A DNA stretch of 64,000 bases, from contig JBDHHQ010000018.1 in the NCBI GenBank assembly GCA_039589315.1, forward strand, positions 1 to 64,000, written 5' to 3'. The notes under the pieces are model-generated. The model searched no databases, had not been told where the DNA came from, and worked only from the letters and a program-made list of their open reading frames with translations. The stretch comes from Gemmatimonadota bacterium. GTDB taxonomy: Bacteria > Gemmatimonadota > Gemmatimonadetes > Longimicrobiales > Gaopeijiaceae. This document shows positions 1 through 9,114 of the stretch, one piece after another (position 1 is the stretch's first letter; each line of letters opens with the position of its first letter). The translations under genes were made by a program, and so were the position numbers.

Positions 1-1401
1 GGGCGAGATGGAGGAGCGGGCCCGGTAGCCGGGCGTGAGGTCCGATCCCAGGTAGCCGCCCAGCGTCGAGGCGTAGAGCATACCCATGCCGGGCACGGCC
101 ACCTTCGAGCCCATTGCGGGACCGATGGTCTGGGTCAGAGCCACCGCCATGCCGGTGGAGTCGGCGGTGGACAGGTGGGTCGTGTAGTGCTCGGCGTCCC
201 AATCCGGAGGGAACGTGGTCGGGTCGATCCCGTCACTGCCTCCGGCGACGGCGGGCGCGTTACCAGCGCTCGCGCCGGGCACTCCGGTGGGCCCGTTGCC
301 GAAGCCGGCTCCCCGCTCCACGGCGGCTTCATCCTTGGCCACCAAGCGGATCTTCTCGGCCTGCTGCGCCGCCCACTCCTTCGACGTCGCTCGAGCGGCG
401 GCGGTGTCGGTTCCGAGCGCCCGGCGATCCGGCGACGCGAGCCCTATGGCCTGGCCGATCACTGCCGCCCACTCCTCGTCGTCCATCGAGTGGGCATCGA
501 AGTTCTCCATGATCTGGAGCGCCTGGATCGACACCGCGCCGGACGCCGGCACGTCGGTACCCACCAGGTCGTAGCCCCGGTAGCTGCCCCGCACGATGCG
601 GCTGTCCAGGGCCTCGTAGCTCTCGAGGGACTCCCGGTTCACGAATCCGTCGTTGGCCTCCATGTCGGCGATCATCACAAGGGCGAGCTCGCCCTTGTAG
701 AAGACGTCGTGACCGCCCCCGACGATCTTGCGTAGGGTGGCCCCGAGAGCCTCCTGGACGAACAGCTCGCCCTCCCGGTACGGCGAACCGTCGGGCTTCA
801 GGTAATGCATGCGTCCGCCCTCGGACTCGGCCAGCGCTTCGGCTGACCGGGCGTGGAAACCCGCCTGTTGGCGGAGCAGGCGGAACCCCTGTTCGGCGAA
901 GTGGATGGCCGGCTGCATGACCGTCTCGAGGGGCAGCGAGCCGTGCTCGCTGTGGAGTCGCATCAGGCCGGCCAACGCCCCCGGAACACCCACGGTAGCG
1001 TAGCCGAACTCGGCCTCCGGAGCCGTCTCCGGGTCGTAGCCTATGGGCACCTGGGTGGTGCCGTCGATGCCGTGGAACTGCCCGTCCGCGGTGTGGACCA
1101 GGATCTGGTTGCGCCCGCCGATGCTGTTCATGCTCGGCCGCACCACGGCCACTGCGAAGGCGGCCGCCACGGCGGCATCGGCAGCGTTTCCGCCCATCTC
1201 GAGGATGCGGGAGCCGGCCACGGTGGCCAGGGGGTGGGCGGTGGTCACCATGCCGGCCTCGGAGCGGGCCGCCTGGTGGACGCCCTGGCCGGACACGAGC
1301 GGCGGCGCAACGACGGCCCAGGTAGCCACGAGCATCCACAGGACGTTCGCGCCGATCCCTCGTTGGACCAACGGGCGTACGTGGGTCGGCGGAATCTGCA
1401 T
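1..1401 (-). CDS. gamma-glutamyltransferase family (Ntn-hydrolase) protein; 3' end runs off the window
   Basis: Not in the ORF track (no stop in window). Manual translation from the ATG at 1401 gives a signal-like N-terminus, GMVTTAHPLATVAGSRILEMGGNAADAAVAAAFAVAVV, and the small-subunit start TTHLSTADSTGMAVALTQTIG. Confidence 0.88.
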   Translation of the reverse strand, partial: MQIPPTHVRPLVQRGIGANVLWMLVATWAVVAPPLVSGQGVHQAARSEAGMVTTAHPLATVAGSRILEMGGNAADAAVAAAFAVAVVRPSMNSIGGRNQILVHTADGQFHGIDGTTQVPIGYDPETAPEAEFGYATVGVPGALAGLMRLHSEHGSLPLETVMQPAIHFAEQGFRLLRQQAGFHARSAEALAESEGGRMHYLKPDGSPYREGELFVQEALGATLRKIVGGGHDVFYKGELALVMIADMEANDGFVNRESLESYEALDSRIVRGSYRGYDLVGTDVPASGAVSIQALQIMENFDAHSMDDEEWAAVIGQAIGLASPDRRALGTDTAAARATSKEWAAQQAEKIRLVAKDEAAVERGAGFGNGPTGVPGASAGNAPAVAGGSDGIDPTTFPPDWDAEHYTTHLSTADSTGMAVALTQTIGPAMGSKVAVPGMGMLYASTLGGYLGSDLTPGYRARSSISP

Positions 1402-1619
1402 AGGTCGTTTCTCTCGGTTGAGCGGTCGGCGGAACATGCGCCCGAGCGGCCCTCGGGAAAGCCCCCGGCCGGTGGCGGGGAACGTGGAGTCTGGCGCCGT
1501 AAACGGTTTCAGGTCAAGGCTCACCGGGTGCGAGGTCAGCGCGGTCACGCCGTGGCGCTCAGAGCCCCACGTGGAGAGAAGCTCGCGGCCGCGATGGCTC
1601 CACCCCCTCCGCCCGCGAC

Positions 1620-3065
1620 CTACCTCCGGATGGCGACCTCCAGCTCCACGTCCTGGCGCCGGTACATACAGATGCCGTCCACGTCCTCGCACACGTAGTA
1701 GAGGGCGTAGGCGGGGATCACGGCTGGGGCCCCCCCGCGGGCGTTCTCCGGCGCTCTGACTTCGATCTCCAGGGTGCGCACTTCGTCGCTCACCGCCGCC
1801 GGTGGCACCGGGTGCCTCAGCATTCGGGTCTCCACGGCCCAGCCCTGCGGCGGGTCGATCCACAACACCATGTCGTCGGCTTCGTTGTTCCAGTGTGCCT
1901 CTCTCGCGGCAATGGGCCGGAAGATCGCGTGGAGTCGGGCCACCTCGCCGGGCGCCACCGATGCGGGCACCGATACGGTCTCGACCTCGATGAAGTGACC
2001 CTCGTCCTGGAGCACGCGGCCGAGCGGATCGGGCTCGGCCTCCTCCTCACTCCCGGCTTCGAAGCTCTCCGCCGGGGTCGCGAACTCGGAGCCCCGGGGC
2101 TCCACCGTCAGCGGAGCGGGGTCCTCGCCCCGGGCCCGGATCTCGTCCCGGGCCGCATGGATCCAGTCATAGAAGGGATAGGGCTTGTCCAACCGGGGAC
2201 CGTACTGCTGGATGCGCCGTCGCCAGATGTACTGGTTCGGATCGATGTCGAGCGCCGTTCCCCAGCGCTCGACGGCCTTCTGGAAGTCGCCGGGCTCGGC
2301 CGCCTCCGAGTCGTAGCGCATCCTGTGGGCGACGCCGAGGCGGAAGTGCGTCGTACCGTCACCCGGCTCGATCCTGGCCGCCGTCTCGTACGCGTCAATG
2401 GCCGTGTCGATCTGGTCGTCGCCTCCCCACACCGCCAAGGCATCGGCGTAGTCACGCCAGGCTCGTGCTCCTCCGCGAGCGTGGGCTGAGCGCGCCAGGG
2501 CGTCGAGATCCGGAGCCGCGGCCTGTGGGGCGGCCCCGTGAGCAGAGACGCCGAAGGCCTCTTCGACGAAGTCCTGCCCCAGCTGCCCTTCGTCTTCCAG
2601 GCGGGGGAGGAGTCGCTGGATCACGCCGCTCTCGTCGAGCGCAAGCGTGATGGGCACGTAGGGGACCTCCAGGAGGTTGTAGGAGTCCACCAGGAGAGGC
2701 CAGCCCATCTCCTTCCACTGCATGAACAGCCGCGCCCGGTCAGGATGCTGCTCCTGGATGATGCCCACCATCTGGATGACGCCTTCGTCCTGCAGCGTCT
2801 TCGTTGCTTCGTGCCACCCGGGCACGTGTACTCTACAGCCAGCTCACCATGAGGCGAACACGTGCAGAATGACCTTACGACCTCGGAAGTCCGCCACGGA
2901 CATGGGGTGGTCACCGTCCAGGGCGGGGAGCGCCACCGTGGGAAAGGCCTGGCCAGGCGCGAGGCCGTCAGGCAGCTGGGCCCGCTGAGCACCGGCATCG
3001 TCGGGCAGCGTGATCGCCGCGAGGGCCAGGAGAGCGGGGAAGAACATCCAGAAGCGAGATCTCAT
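1620..3065 (-). CDS. Putative exported selenoprotein: TlpA/AhpC-TSA thioredoxin fold (UxxC), TPR-like region, C-terminal DsbD-N-like domain; TGA at 2844-2846 read as Sec
   Basis: ORFs 2844..3185 and 1620..2825 are in the same frame, separated only by one TGA: ...VILHVFASW-TGA-AGCRVHVPGW... ATG at 3065 has an AGGAG RBS and a signal peptide. Confidence 0.78.
2810..2826 (-). promoter_or_regulatory. Candidate bacterial SECIS hairpin
   Basis: Minus strand CGTGCC-CGGGT-GGCACG is a perfect 6-bp stem with a G-containing loop, with 23 nt between the in-frame UGA and the loop. Confidence 0.6.
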
Positions 3066-3287
3066 CGTCGATCTCCTGGGCGAAGGAGAAGAGCCTGCGG
3101 CGCCGTGCGACACATTACCGGGTGCCTGGCCCGGGGGCCACCGGCGGCAGAGCGTCCGCGCCGGAGTGGGCCCGGGCCTCGGCACCGGACTGGTCCGCGA
3201 CTTCCGCGCCCGGAATGAGCCGGGCCTCCACGCCGGCCTGGTCCAGGCCCTCCACGCCAGGATGGGCCGGGACCTCCGGACAGCTCC

Positions 3288-5579
3288 CTAGAACCGGTGC
3301 AGGTAGGTCAGCTTGGCGACCATGCCCCGATTCTCCTGGTCCCCGAAGTCCGTGCCCCCGCGCTCTTCGGTGAACACCAGGAAGAGGTCACTACCCGGCC
3401 GATAGATGTAGTTGAAGCGGATGTTGGTGATCAGGGCGTCGTTCAGGCTGTTGTACTGCACGAACGCGTTGAGCGTGGCCTGGGTGGAGAACGAGTAGGT
3501 GCCCCGGAGCGAGGCGATGTCGGCCACGAAGGCGCCGTTGGGCAGGCTGACGTCGTTTCGGGTGTAACCGCCCGTGACGCCCACCTTGGGCGTGGGATTC
3601 CACGTGAGGCTCCCGCCCAGGGTGTTGACGGTGCCGCCGAAGGACTCACCTACGGTCGCCTGCAACTGGCCGACCAGCGGCCGTGCCGGACTCGAGTTGA
3701 ACGCCAGTTGCACGTTGTTGGCGCCGTACACGCCCGGCTCCACCAGCACCGTGTCGGCCAGGTCGAACGCCTCGGTCACGGTCTGCTCGGCGAAGTCGAT
3801 CTCGAACCGGCCGCCGTCCCCCGAGTCCCACTCCGGCAACAAAGTGGGACCGATCTCCCAGTCTTGCCGGGCACCCGAGAAGTCGGCGAAGTAATCGCCG
3901 CTCAGGAAGAAGTCGATCTTCCGGAGCGACAGGAACAACGGCCGGGCCGTATAGCGGCCCCCTCCGCGGCTTCGGTGTACGTCGGTCCGGGTCACGAACC
4001 CCATGTCCGCGTTGACCTCCGGCCCGATCCCCATGTGTTGAAAGAACAGGCCGTACCGATCCGAGGTGTAGTCCACGGCGCCCCGGAACGCGACGTCGTC
4101 TCCGCCATCTCCCTCCGTGAACGTGTACGCCAGGAACGCCTCCGTCGTGAGCTTGGTGCCAAACCAGAACGTGCCGTCCACGCCGGCTGTCGTGTTCCAG
4201 GTGTCCCGGCTCCGACGGTCCGTGAGCATGACGCCGAGGTAGCTGTTCTCGCCGATGTCCCGCTTGGCCCGGACAACTGCGAAGTTGGTGACGGGCTCCT
4301 CGAAGGCCTCGTCCGTCACGACGTTCAGGAGGCCGATCGTCTGCTGACCCGCGCGGCCCGTCAGCCGCGCACCGGCGAGGATCGGCACCTCGCCGTCCTC
4401 CGAGATGCCAATCTGGCGGGAGAAGAAGAGGAGGAACGGAGGCTGCTCGAAGAAGCCCCGGTCACCGAACTCGAAGATACCGGCGTTCTCCAGGAAGAAG
4501 TCTCGTTTTTCGGGGAAGAACAGATTGAAGCGGGTGAGGTTCACCTGTTCGTCGTCCACCTCGACCTGTGCGAAGTCGGTGTTGAGCGTGAGGTCCAGGA
4601 CGAGCCCGCCCGCCACCTCCGTCTTGAGGTCCAGACCGATCTTCGAGTCGAGCTCCGTCGGCGTCGCTCCGGTCAGCTCGTCACGCTCCTGCGTACTGCC
4701 GCCCAGCGCGTACGGTTTGACCTCCAGGTTCAACCCGGGCCGGGGAAGCTCGGTCAGGCCCGAAAGGTGCCCCGCCTGGCTGATCCGGTTGAACCCCTCG
4801 TTGTCCCGGGACCAGGATCGCCAGAGCACCTCTTCGTTCTTGCGGCGGATCATGCGGTAGACGTTGAAGCCCCACGGCTCGACGCCTCCGTCGGTGGGAT
4901 AGCGCAACGTTCGGAACGGGATGGCGATCTCGGCGGACCAGCCCTCGGGGATCCGCGCCGCCTTCACCCGCCAGATGCCTCGCCAGTCGATGTTCACCTC
5001 GCCGCCCTCGTCCGTGACCAGCGCGTCGAACTCGGCCCCGTTGGGGTTCGTGGCGAACACCATTCCGTTGCGGTGATCGTGGAACGGGTCAAGGACGATG
5101 GCCACGACGTCGTCTCCCGTTGCGCTCAGTTGGTTGGCGAATCCGCCGACCTCCATGATCCGGTCCCGTTGCAGGATACGACCGACGATGGCCTCCGGGT
5201 TCGAATCCAGGGCGCGGATCCCCACGTACATGGTCGCGTCGTCGAAGGCGATCCGGACCTCGGTCACCTCCGTGGCCGGCTCACCCTCGAGCGGCTCCTG
5301 CTGGCGAAAACCGGTGATGACCCCGGTGCGGGCCCAGAACGTCTCGGCCAGGAGCCCGTCGAGCTGGATCTCGGGCTCCTCGGCACCGGTGAGCCGCACG
5401 GCTTCCACGGGCAAAGCGACGGGGGGCTCCGCTTCAGTGCTCTCCTGGGCCTGGGCGGGAGACACGAGCGCCGCCGCCCACAGGAGGAGGAGGCCCACGA
5501 CGACGATCTCGGGTCCGCGGACTCCGGAGGGAGGAGGCTGAGGCGCCGCGCGGGCAAATGGGAGGAATGGGATGTTCAT
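3288..5579 (-). CDS. CBM9-like/DUF5916-type outer-membrane beta-barrel protein (start uncertain)
   Basis: N-terminal IQLDG..E..W / FRQQEP..GEPATE.TEVRIAFD, WSAEIAIPFRTLRY, LTLNTDFAQVEVD, FFPEKRDFFLE; C-terminal Phe. Confidence 0.8.
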   Translation of the reverse strand: MNIPFLPFARAAPQPPPSGVRGPEIVVVGLLLLWAAALVSPAQAQESTEAEPPVALPVEAVRLTGAEEPEIQLDGLLAETFWARTGVITGFRQQEPLEGEPATEVTEVRIAFDDATMYVGIRALDSNPEAIVGRILQRDRIMEVGGFANQLSATGDDVVAIVLDPFHDHRNGMVFATNPNGAEFDALVTDEGGEVNIDWRGIWRVKAARIPEGWSAEIAIPFRTLRYPTDGGVEPWGFNVYRMIRRKNEEVLWRSWSRDNEGFNRISQAGHLSGLTELPRPGLNLEVKPYALGGSTQERDELTGATPTELDSKIGLDLKTEVAGGLVLDLTLNTDFAQVEVDDEQVNLTRFNLFFPEKRDFFLENAGIFEFGDRGFFEQPPFLLFFSRQIGISEDGEVPILAGARLTGRAGQQTIGLLNVVTDEAFEEPVTNFAVVRAKRDIGENSYLGVMLTDRRSRDTWNTTAGVDGTFWFGTKLTTEAFLAYTFTEGDGGDDVAFRGAVDYTSDRYGLFFQHMGIGPEVNADMGFVTRTDVHRSRGGGRYTARPLFLSLRKIDFFLSGDYFADFSGARQDWEIGPTLLPEWDSGDGGRFEIDFAEQTVTEAFDLADTVLVEPGVYGANNVQLAFNSSPARPLVGQLQATVGESFGGTVNTLGGSLTWNPTPKVGVTGGYTRNDVSLPNGAFVADIASLRGTYSFSTQATLNAFVQYNSLNDALITNIRFNYIYRPGSDLFLVFTEERGGTDFGDQENRGMVAKLTYLHRF

Positions 5580-5716
5580 GTCGGCCAAGGGTGCACAAGG
5601 TCCAGGAACATCGACGCCGCCTCGTCGCTTGGCCAGAGGGCTCAGCAAAGCAAGACGGGCCGGAGATCGAGGCCGCGGCCCGCCATTTGTCACGCCCGAC
5701 ACGAGCCAGGCAGGAT

Positions 5717-5773
5717 CTACTGTGGCTCCGAGCCGTTCAGATACTCCTCGAGATTCGTGTAGCCGTCGTTGTC
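5717..5773 (-). pseudogene. 3' remnant of a deleted gene ending DNDGYTNLEEYLNGSEPQ*
   Basis: Manual translation. The motif resembles the DxDGYTNLEEYLN C-terminal Ca-binding motif of pectate-lyase-like secreted proteins. The in-frame sequence just upstream is unrelated to such a protein. Confidence 0.5.
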
Positions 5774-5866
5774 CCAGCTACGGGTGGAACGAAATGACAC
5801 AGCAGCAAGACCGTGTCGGGTCGTAGCTGGAACGTCTAGTGGTGGCGAGAGTGGGGCGACGGCGCG

Positions 5867-6553
5867 CTAGATCCCGAGGTCCAGCTGCTGGCCGGTGAAG
5901 GTGATGCGGTGATGAGGCGTGAGGCCGAGCCGCTCGATGGCGTCGAGGTGAGCGCGCGTACCGTACCCCACGTTGGTGTGCCAGTCGTACTCCGGGTATC
6001 GCTCTGCCAGACGGAGCATGAGGCGGTCTCTACAGACCTTGGCCACGATTGACGCGCAGGCGACGGAGTGCACGAGATCATCGCCGCCCACGACGGCTTC
6101 GTGGTCCCATCCGAGCCCCTTCACGGGACGGCCGTCGATCACCACGTGCTCGGGCTCCTGGGGGAGGCGGCTCAGGGCACGGCGCATTGCTCGGGTCGTG
6201 GCGCGCAGGATGTTGAAGAAGTCGATCTCGCGAACCGAGGCTGCCCCTATGCCCACGGCCCGGGCATGGGCCAGGATCTCTCGGGACAGCCGTTCACGGT
6301 CCTCCGTGTCCAGCTGCTTCGAGTCGATGGCGCCGTCGATGAACATCCCCGGGGCGAGGACCACAGCGGCAGCCATGACCGGGCCCGCCAGGGGCCCGCG
6401 TCCCACCTCGTCGACGCCCGCGATCCAGGAAAGGCCGCGACCCCAGAACCGCCGCTCGTAATCGAGGGGGGGCCGGGGTCGCTCTTGCCGGGGTGGCACC
6501 GACGCCACGGCAGCGACGCGTGCCAGGCTTCCGGGCGCGGGGTCCGAGGACAT
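5867..6553 (-). CDS. rnhB: ribonuclease HII
   Basis: GVDEVGRGPLAGPV, DSK, ASIVAKV.RD, GYGT..H motifs; follows rplS. Confidence 0.96.
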   Translation of the reverse strand: MSSDPAPGSLARVAAVASVPPRQERPRPPLDYERRFWGRGLSWIAGVDEVGRGPLAGPVMAAAVVLAPGMFIDGAIDSKQLDTEDRERLSREILAHARAVGIGAASVREIDFFNILRATTRAMRRALSRLPQEPEHVVIDGRPVKGLGWDHEAVVGGDDLVHSVACASIVAKVCRDRLMLRLAERYPEYDWHTNVGYGTRAHLDAIERLGLTPHHRITFTGQQLDLGI

Positions 6554-6574
6554 CCGAGCCGGGAAGGCCGCTTG

Positions 6575-6922
6575 TCAGGTGCGCTTTTCGGGGATCCGCG
6601 CGGCCTTCCCGCGCAGCCCCCTCAGGTAGTAGAGCTTGGCTCGCCGTACGCGACCGTGCCGCACCACCTTGATGCCGGAGATGTTGGGACCGTGGAACGG
6701 GAATACGCGCTCGACTCCGATGCCGCTGGAGATCTTGCGCACCGTGAAGGTCTCACCCGTGCCGCCGCCGCGGCGTCCGATGCACACCCCCTCGAAGGCC
6801 TGAATCCGCTCCTTGGCGCCTTCGCGCACCCGGTACAGGACACGGACCGTATCGCCCGGAGCGAAGTCGGGAAGGTCGTCCCGAAGCTCTTCGTTCTCGA
6901 GTTCTCCAAGCAGATCTGTCAT
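6575..6922 (-). CDS. rplS: 50S ribosomal protein L19
   Basis: [45 protein letters not shown]. Confidence 0.98.
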   Translation of the reverse strand: MTDLLGELENEELRDDLPDFAPGDTVRVLYRVREGAKERIQAFEGVCIGRRGGGTGETFTVRKISSGIGVERVFPFHGPNISGIKVVRHGRVRRAKLYYLRGLRGKAARIPEKRT

Positions 6923-6973
6923 GGTGCGCCTCCCATGAGTCCGGTGCCGTATCCGACCGGTAATGAGCGCTAT

Positions 6974-7002
6974 ATGATAATGAGGCCGAGGCCTTTCGTG
7001 AA
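6974..7002 (-). promoter_or_regulatory. Candidate sigma70 promoter for rplS-rnhB
   Basis: Minus strand TTCACG-N17-TATCAT in an AT-richer patch. Confidence 0.45.
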
Positions 7003-7055
7003 GGGGACGAAAAGCCTGAATCAGAGGGAGACCTGGGGCGGCTCGTGCCCCGCCC

Positions 7056-7745
7056 TCAATCGTCGTGCGCCTCGGCCTCCCCAGTCTCCTCGTCCCACCG
7101 GCTTCGGCTGAGCCGTTCCGCCTCGCGTGCCCGCCATTCTTCGATTCTCGCGTGGTCTCCGCTCAAGAGGACTTCGGGCACGCGGAAGCCCCGATAGTCG
7201 GCCGGGCGAGTGTAGGACGGGGGACTGAGTCGCCGCGCGTCGTAGAACGAATCCGATGCGGCCGAGTCGTGATCGCCGATTGCACCGGGCTGTAGCCGTG
7301 CGACGGCGTCGGCGATGGCCAGGGCCGCCACCTCTCCACCCGACAGCACGAACTCGCCGATGGACACCTCCTCGGTGGCCAGATGGTCGGCCACCCGCTG
7401 ATCCACGTCTTTGTAGTGGCCACACAGGAGGGTCAGCTCGGGAGCCACAGCGTAGCGCACCGCATCCCTGTGCGTGAACGGGCGTCCGCGGGCCGACAGG
7501 AGCACGATGGGCCCCTCCGGCCCCAGCGCTTCAACGGCCTCGAAGAAGGGCTCGGGCTTCATGACCATCCCCGCACCCCCACCATACGGGTAGTCGTCTA
7601 CGGTCTGATGACGGTCGTGGGTGAAGTCCCGCAGGTTGACCACGTTGAACGTGACGAGCCCCCGTTCGGCCGCACGCTCCGGAATGCTGATTCCGAGGGG
7701 CACGCGGAAGAACTCGGGGAAGATCGTGATAATGTTGATGTTCAT
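7056..7745 (-). CDS. trmD: tRNA (guanine37-N1)-methyltransferase
   Basis: [44 protein letters not shown]. Confidence 0.97.
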   Translation of the reverse strand: MNINIITIFPEFFRVPLGISIPERAAERGLVTFNVVNLRDFTHDRHQTVDDYPYGGGAGMVMKPEPFFEAVEALGPEGPIVLLSARGRPFTHRDAVRYAVAPELTLLCGHYKDVDQRVADHLATEEVSIGEFVLSGGEVAALAIADAVARLQPGAIGDHDSAASDSFYDARRLSPPSYTRPADYRGFRVPEVLLSGDHARIEEWRAREAERLSRSRWDEETGEAEAHDD

Positions 7746-7751
7746 GAAGCG

Positions 7752-8297
7752 TCAGAGGTCCAGGAGTCCCTCGGGCGGGTCGATCACGATGCGACCGCTG
7801 TCCACGTCGACGGCTCGAACGACCTGCTTGGTGAACGGGATCAGGCGCGAACGGCCGTCCTCGGCCTCCACCGCCAGCATGTCGGCCGGCCGAATCTCGT
7901 ATACCTCCACGACCCGACCGACGGGCGTGCCGTCCGGGGTCTCAACCAGCATCCCCAGGAGTTGGTGGTAGAACACCTCGCCTGCCGCGAGGCTCTCCAC
8001 CTCTTCGAACGGCCGAAGCAGGTAGCGGTCGCGCAACCGCTCCGCGCCGTCCCGGTCCGCCATGCCGACGAACTTCACCAGGTAGCCCCGACGATAGGGT
8101 CGTACGGTCTCGATCTCCAACGCCGGGAAGAAATCATCCGGTGCCTCGCCTGATGCGTCTCCGACTCGCAGGACCACCCCGGGGGCAAAGGCGCTCCCGG
8201 GGTGGTCCGTGAGGGGCCAGACGAAGAGCTCGCCCTTGGTCCCGTGGGGCTTGTTGAGGTGCCCCACGACCAGGAAAGGCGGTGCCTGGGAGCCCAC
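7752..8297 (-). CDS. rimM: ribosome maturation factor RimM
   Basis: VGHLNKPHGTKGEL, FYHQLLG, LIPF, IDPPEGLL; lies between rpsP and trmD. Confidence 0.95.
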   Translation of the reverse strand: MGSQAPPFLVVGHLNKPHGTKGELFVWPLTDHPGSAFAPGVVLRVGDASGEAPDDFFPALEIETVRPYRRGYLVKFVGMADRDGAERLRDRYLLRPFEEVESLAAGEVFYHQLLGMLVETPDGTPVGRVVEVYEIRPADMLAVEAEDGRSRLIPFTKQVVRAVDVDSGRIVIDPPEGLLDL

Positions 8298-8321
8298 GGG
8301 CTGTTGCCGTTTCGGCAGCCG

Positions 8322-9056
8322 CTAGCTCTTCTCTTCTTCCTCGACCTCCGCCTCGGCGGCGGGCTCGACCTCCGCCTCCGCAGCGGGCTCCTCGGCGGCT
8401 TCGGCGACAGGCTCTTCCTCCGCCTCCGCAGCGGGCTCCTCGGCGGCCTCGGCGGCAGGCTCCTCCTCCGCCTCCGCAGCGGGCTCCTCGGCGGCCTCGG
8501 CGACAGGCTCTTCCTCCGCCTCCGCAGCGGGCTCCTCAGGGGCTTCGGCGGCTGGCTCTTCCTCCGCCTCCGCAGCGGGCTCCTCGGCGGCCTCGGCGGC
8601 GGGCTCCTCGGCGGTCTCGGCGGCTGGCTCTTCCTCCGCCTCCGCAGCGGCTGCCTCGGCGGCCGCCGCTGCGCTAGCGGCGGCGGCAGCCTTCGCCTCG
8701 TCAGCAGCCTTCTTGCGGGCTTCGGCTTCCGCCTTCCGCTTGGCGGCCAGCTCCTCCTGCCTGCGGGCGCGATCAGCGGCCGCGTCCACCTCGCCTACGG
8801 CCACGGAATCGTCACCGCCCTTTTGGACCTTGTTGAACAGGGCCCTGACGGTGTGGCTGGCCGTCGCGCCCTCGCCGAGCCAGTACTGGAAGCGCTCGAC
8901 GTCCAACACGACCCGGGCCGGTCGGCTGAGCGGCTTGTAGAAGCCCAGCGTTTCAACGAACCGACCGTCCCGGGGCGACTTCGAGTCCGCCACGACGATG
9001 CGATAATGAGGCTGCTTCTTCCGGCCCATGCGCCGGAGTCGAATGCGAACGGCCAT
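8322..9056 (-). CDS. rpsP: 30S ribosomal protein S16 with long acidic repeat tail
   Basis: [38 protein letters not shown]. Confidence 0.97.
   Translation of the reverse strand: MAVRIRLRRMGRKKQPHYRIVVADSKSPRDGRFVETLGFYKPLSRPARVVLDVERFQYWLGEGATASHTVRALFNKVQKGGDDSVAVGEVDAAADRARRQEELAAKRKAEAEARKKAADEAKAAAAASAAAAAEAAAAEAEEEPAAETAEEPAAEAAEEPAAEAEEEPAAEAPEEPAAEAEEEPVAEAAEEPAAEAEEEPAAEAAEEPAAEAEEEPVAEAAEEPAAEAEVEPAAEAEVEEEEKS
8337..8648 (-). repeat. 13 x 24-bp coding tandem repeat (AAEA[AE]EEP-like) in the rpsP tail
   Basis: Units counted directly in the translation (aa 137-240). Confidence 0.9.
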
Positions 9057-9114
9057 CGTCTCCCTCTTGTTGTGAGGCCTGCCACGCCGCCCTCGCGCAC
9101 GTGATCGGCTGTGG

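Noticed and set aside
2844..3185. Independent 113-aa gene plus a separate 401-aa gene
   Set aside because: The split falls inside a thioredoxin active-site motif; a single UGA-recoded (or nonsense-mutated) gene explains it better.
3297..5762. Long antisense ORFs (this 821-aa ORF; also 25228..27231, 37563..39308, 47862..50390, 54374..56167)
   Set aside because: Shadow frames opposite well-supported genes, expected from high-GC codon bias; no recognisable motifs.
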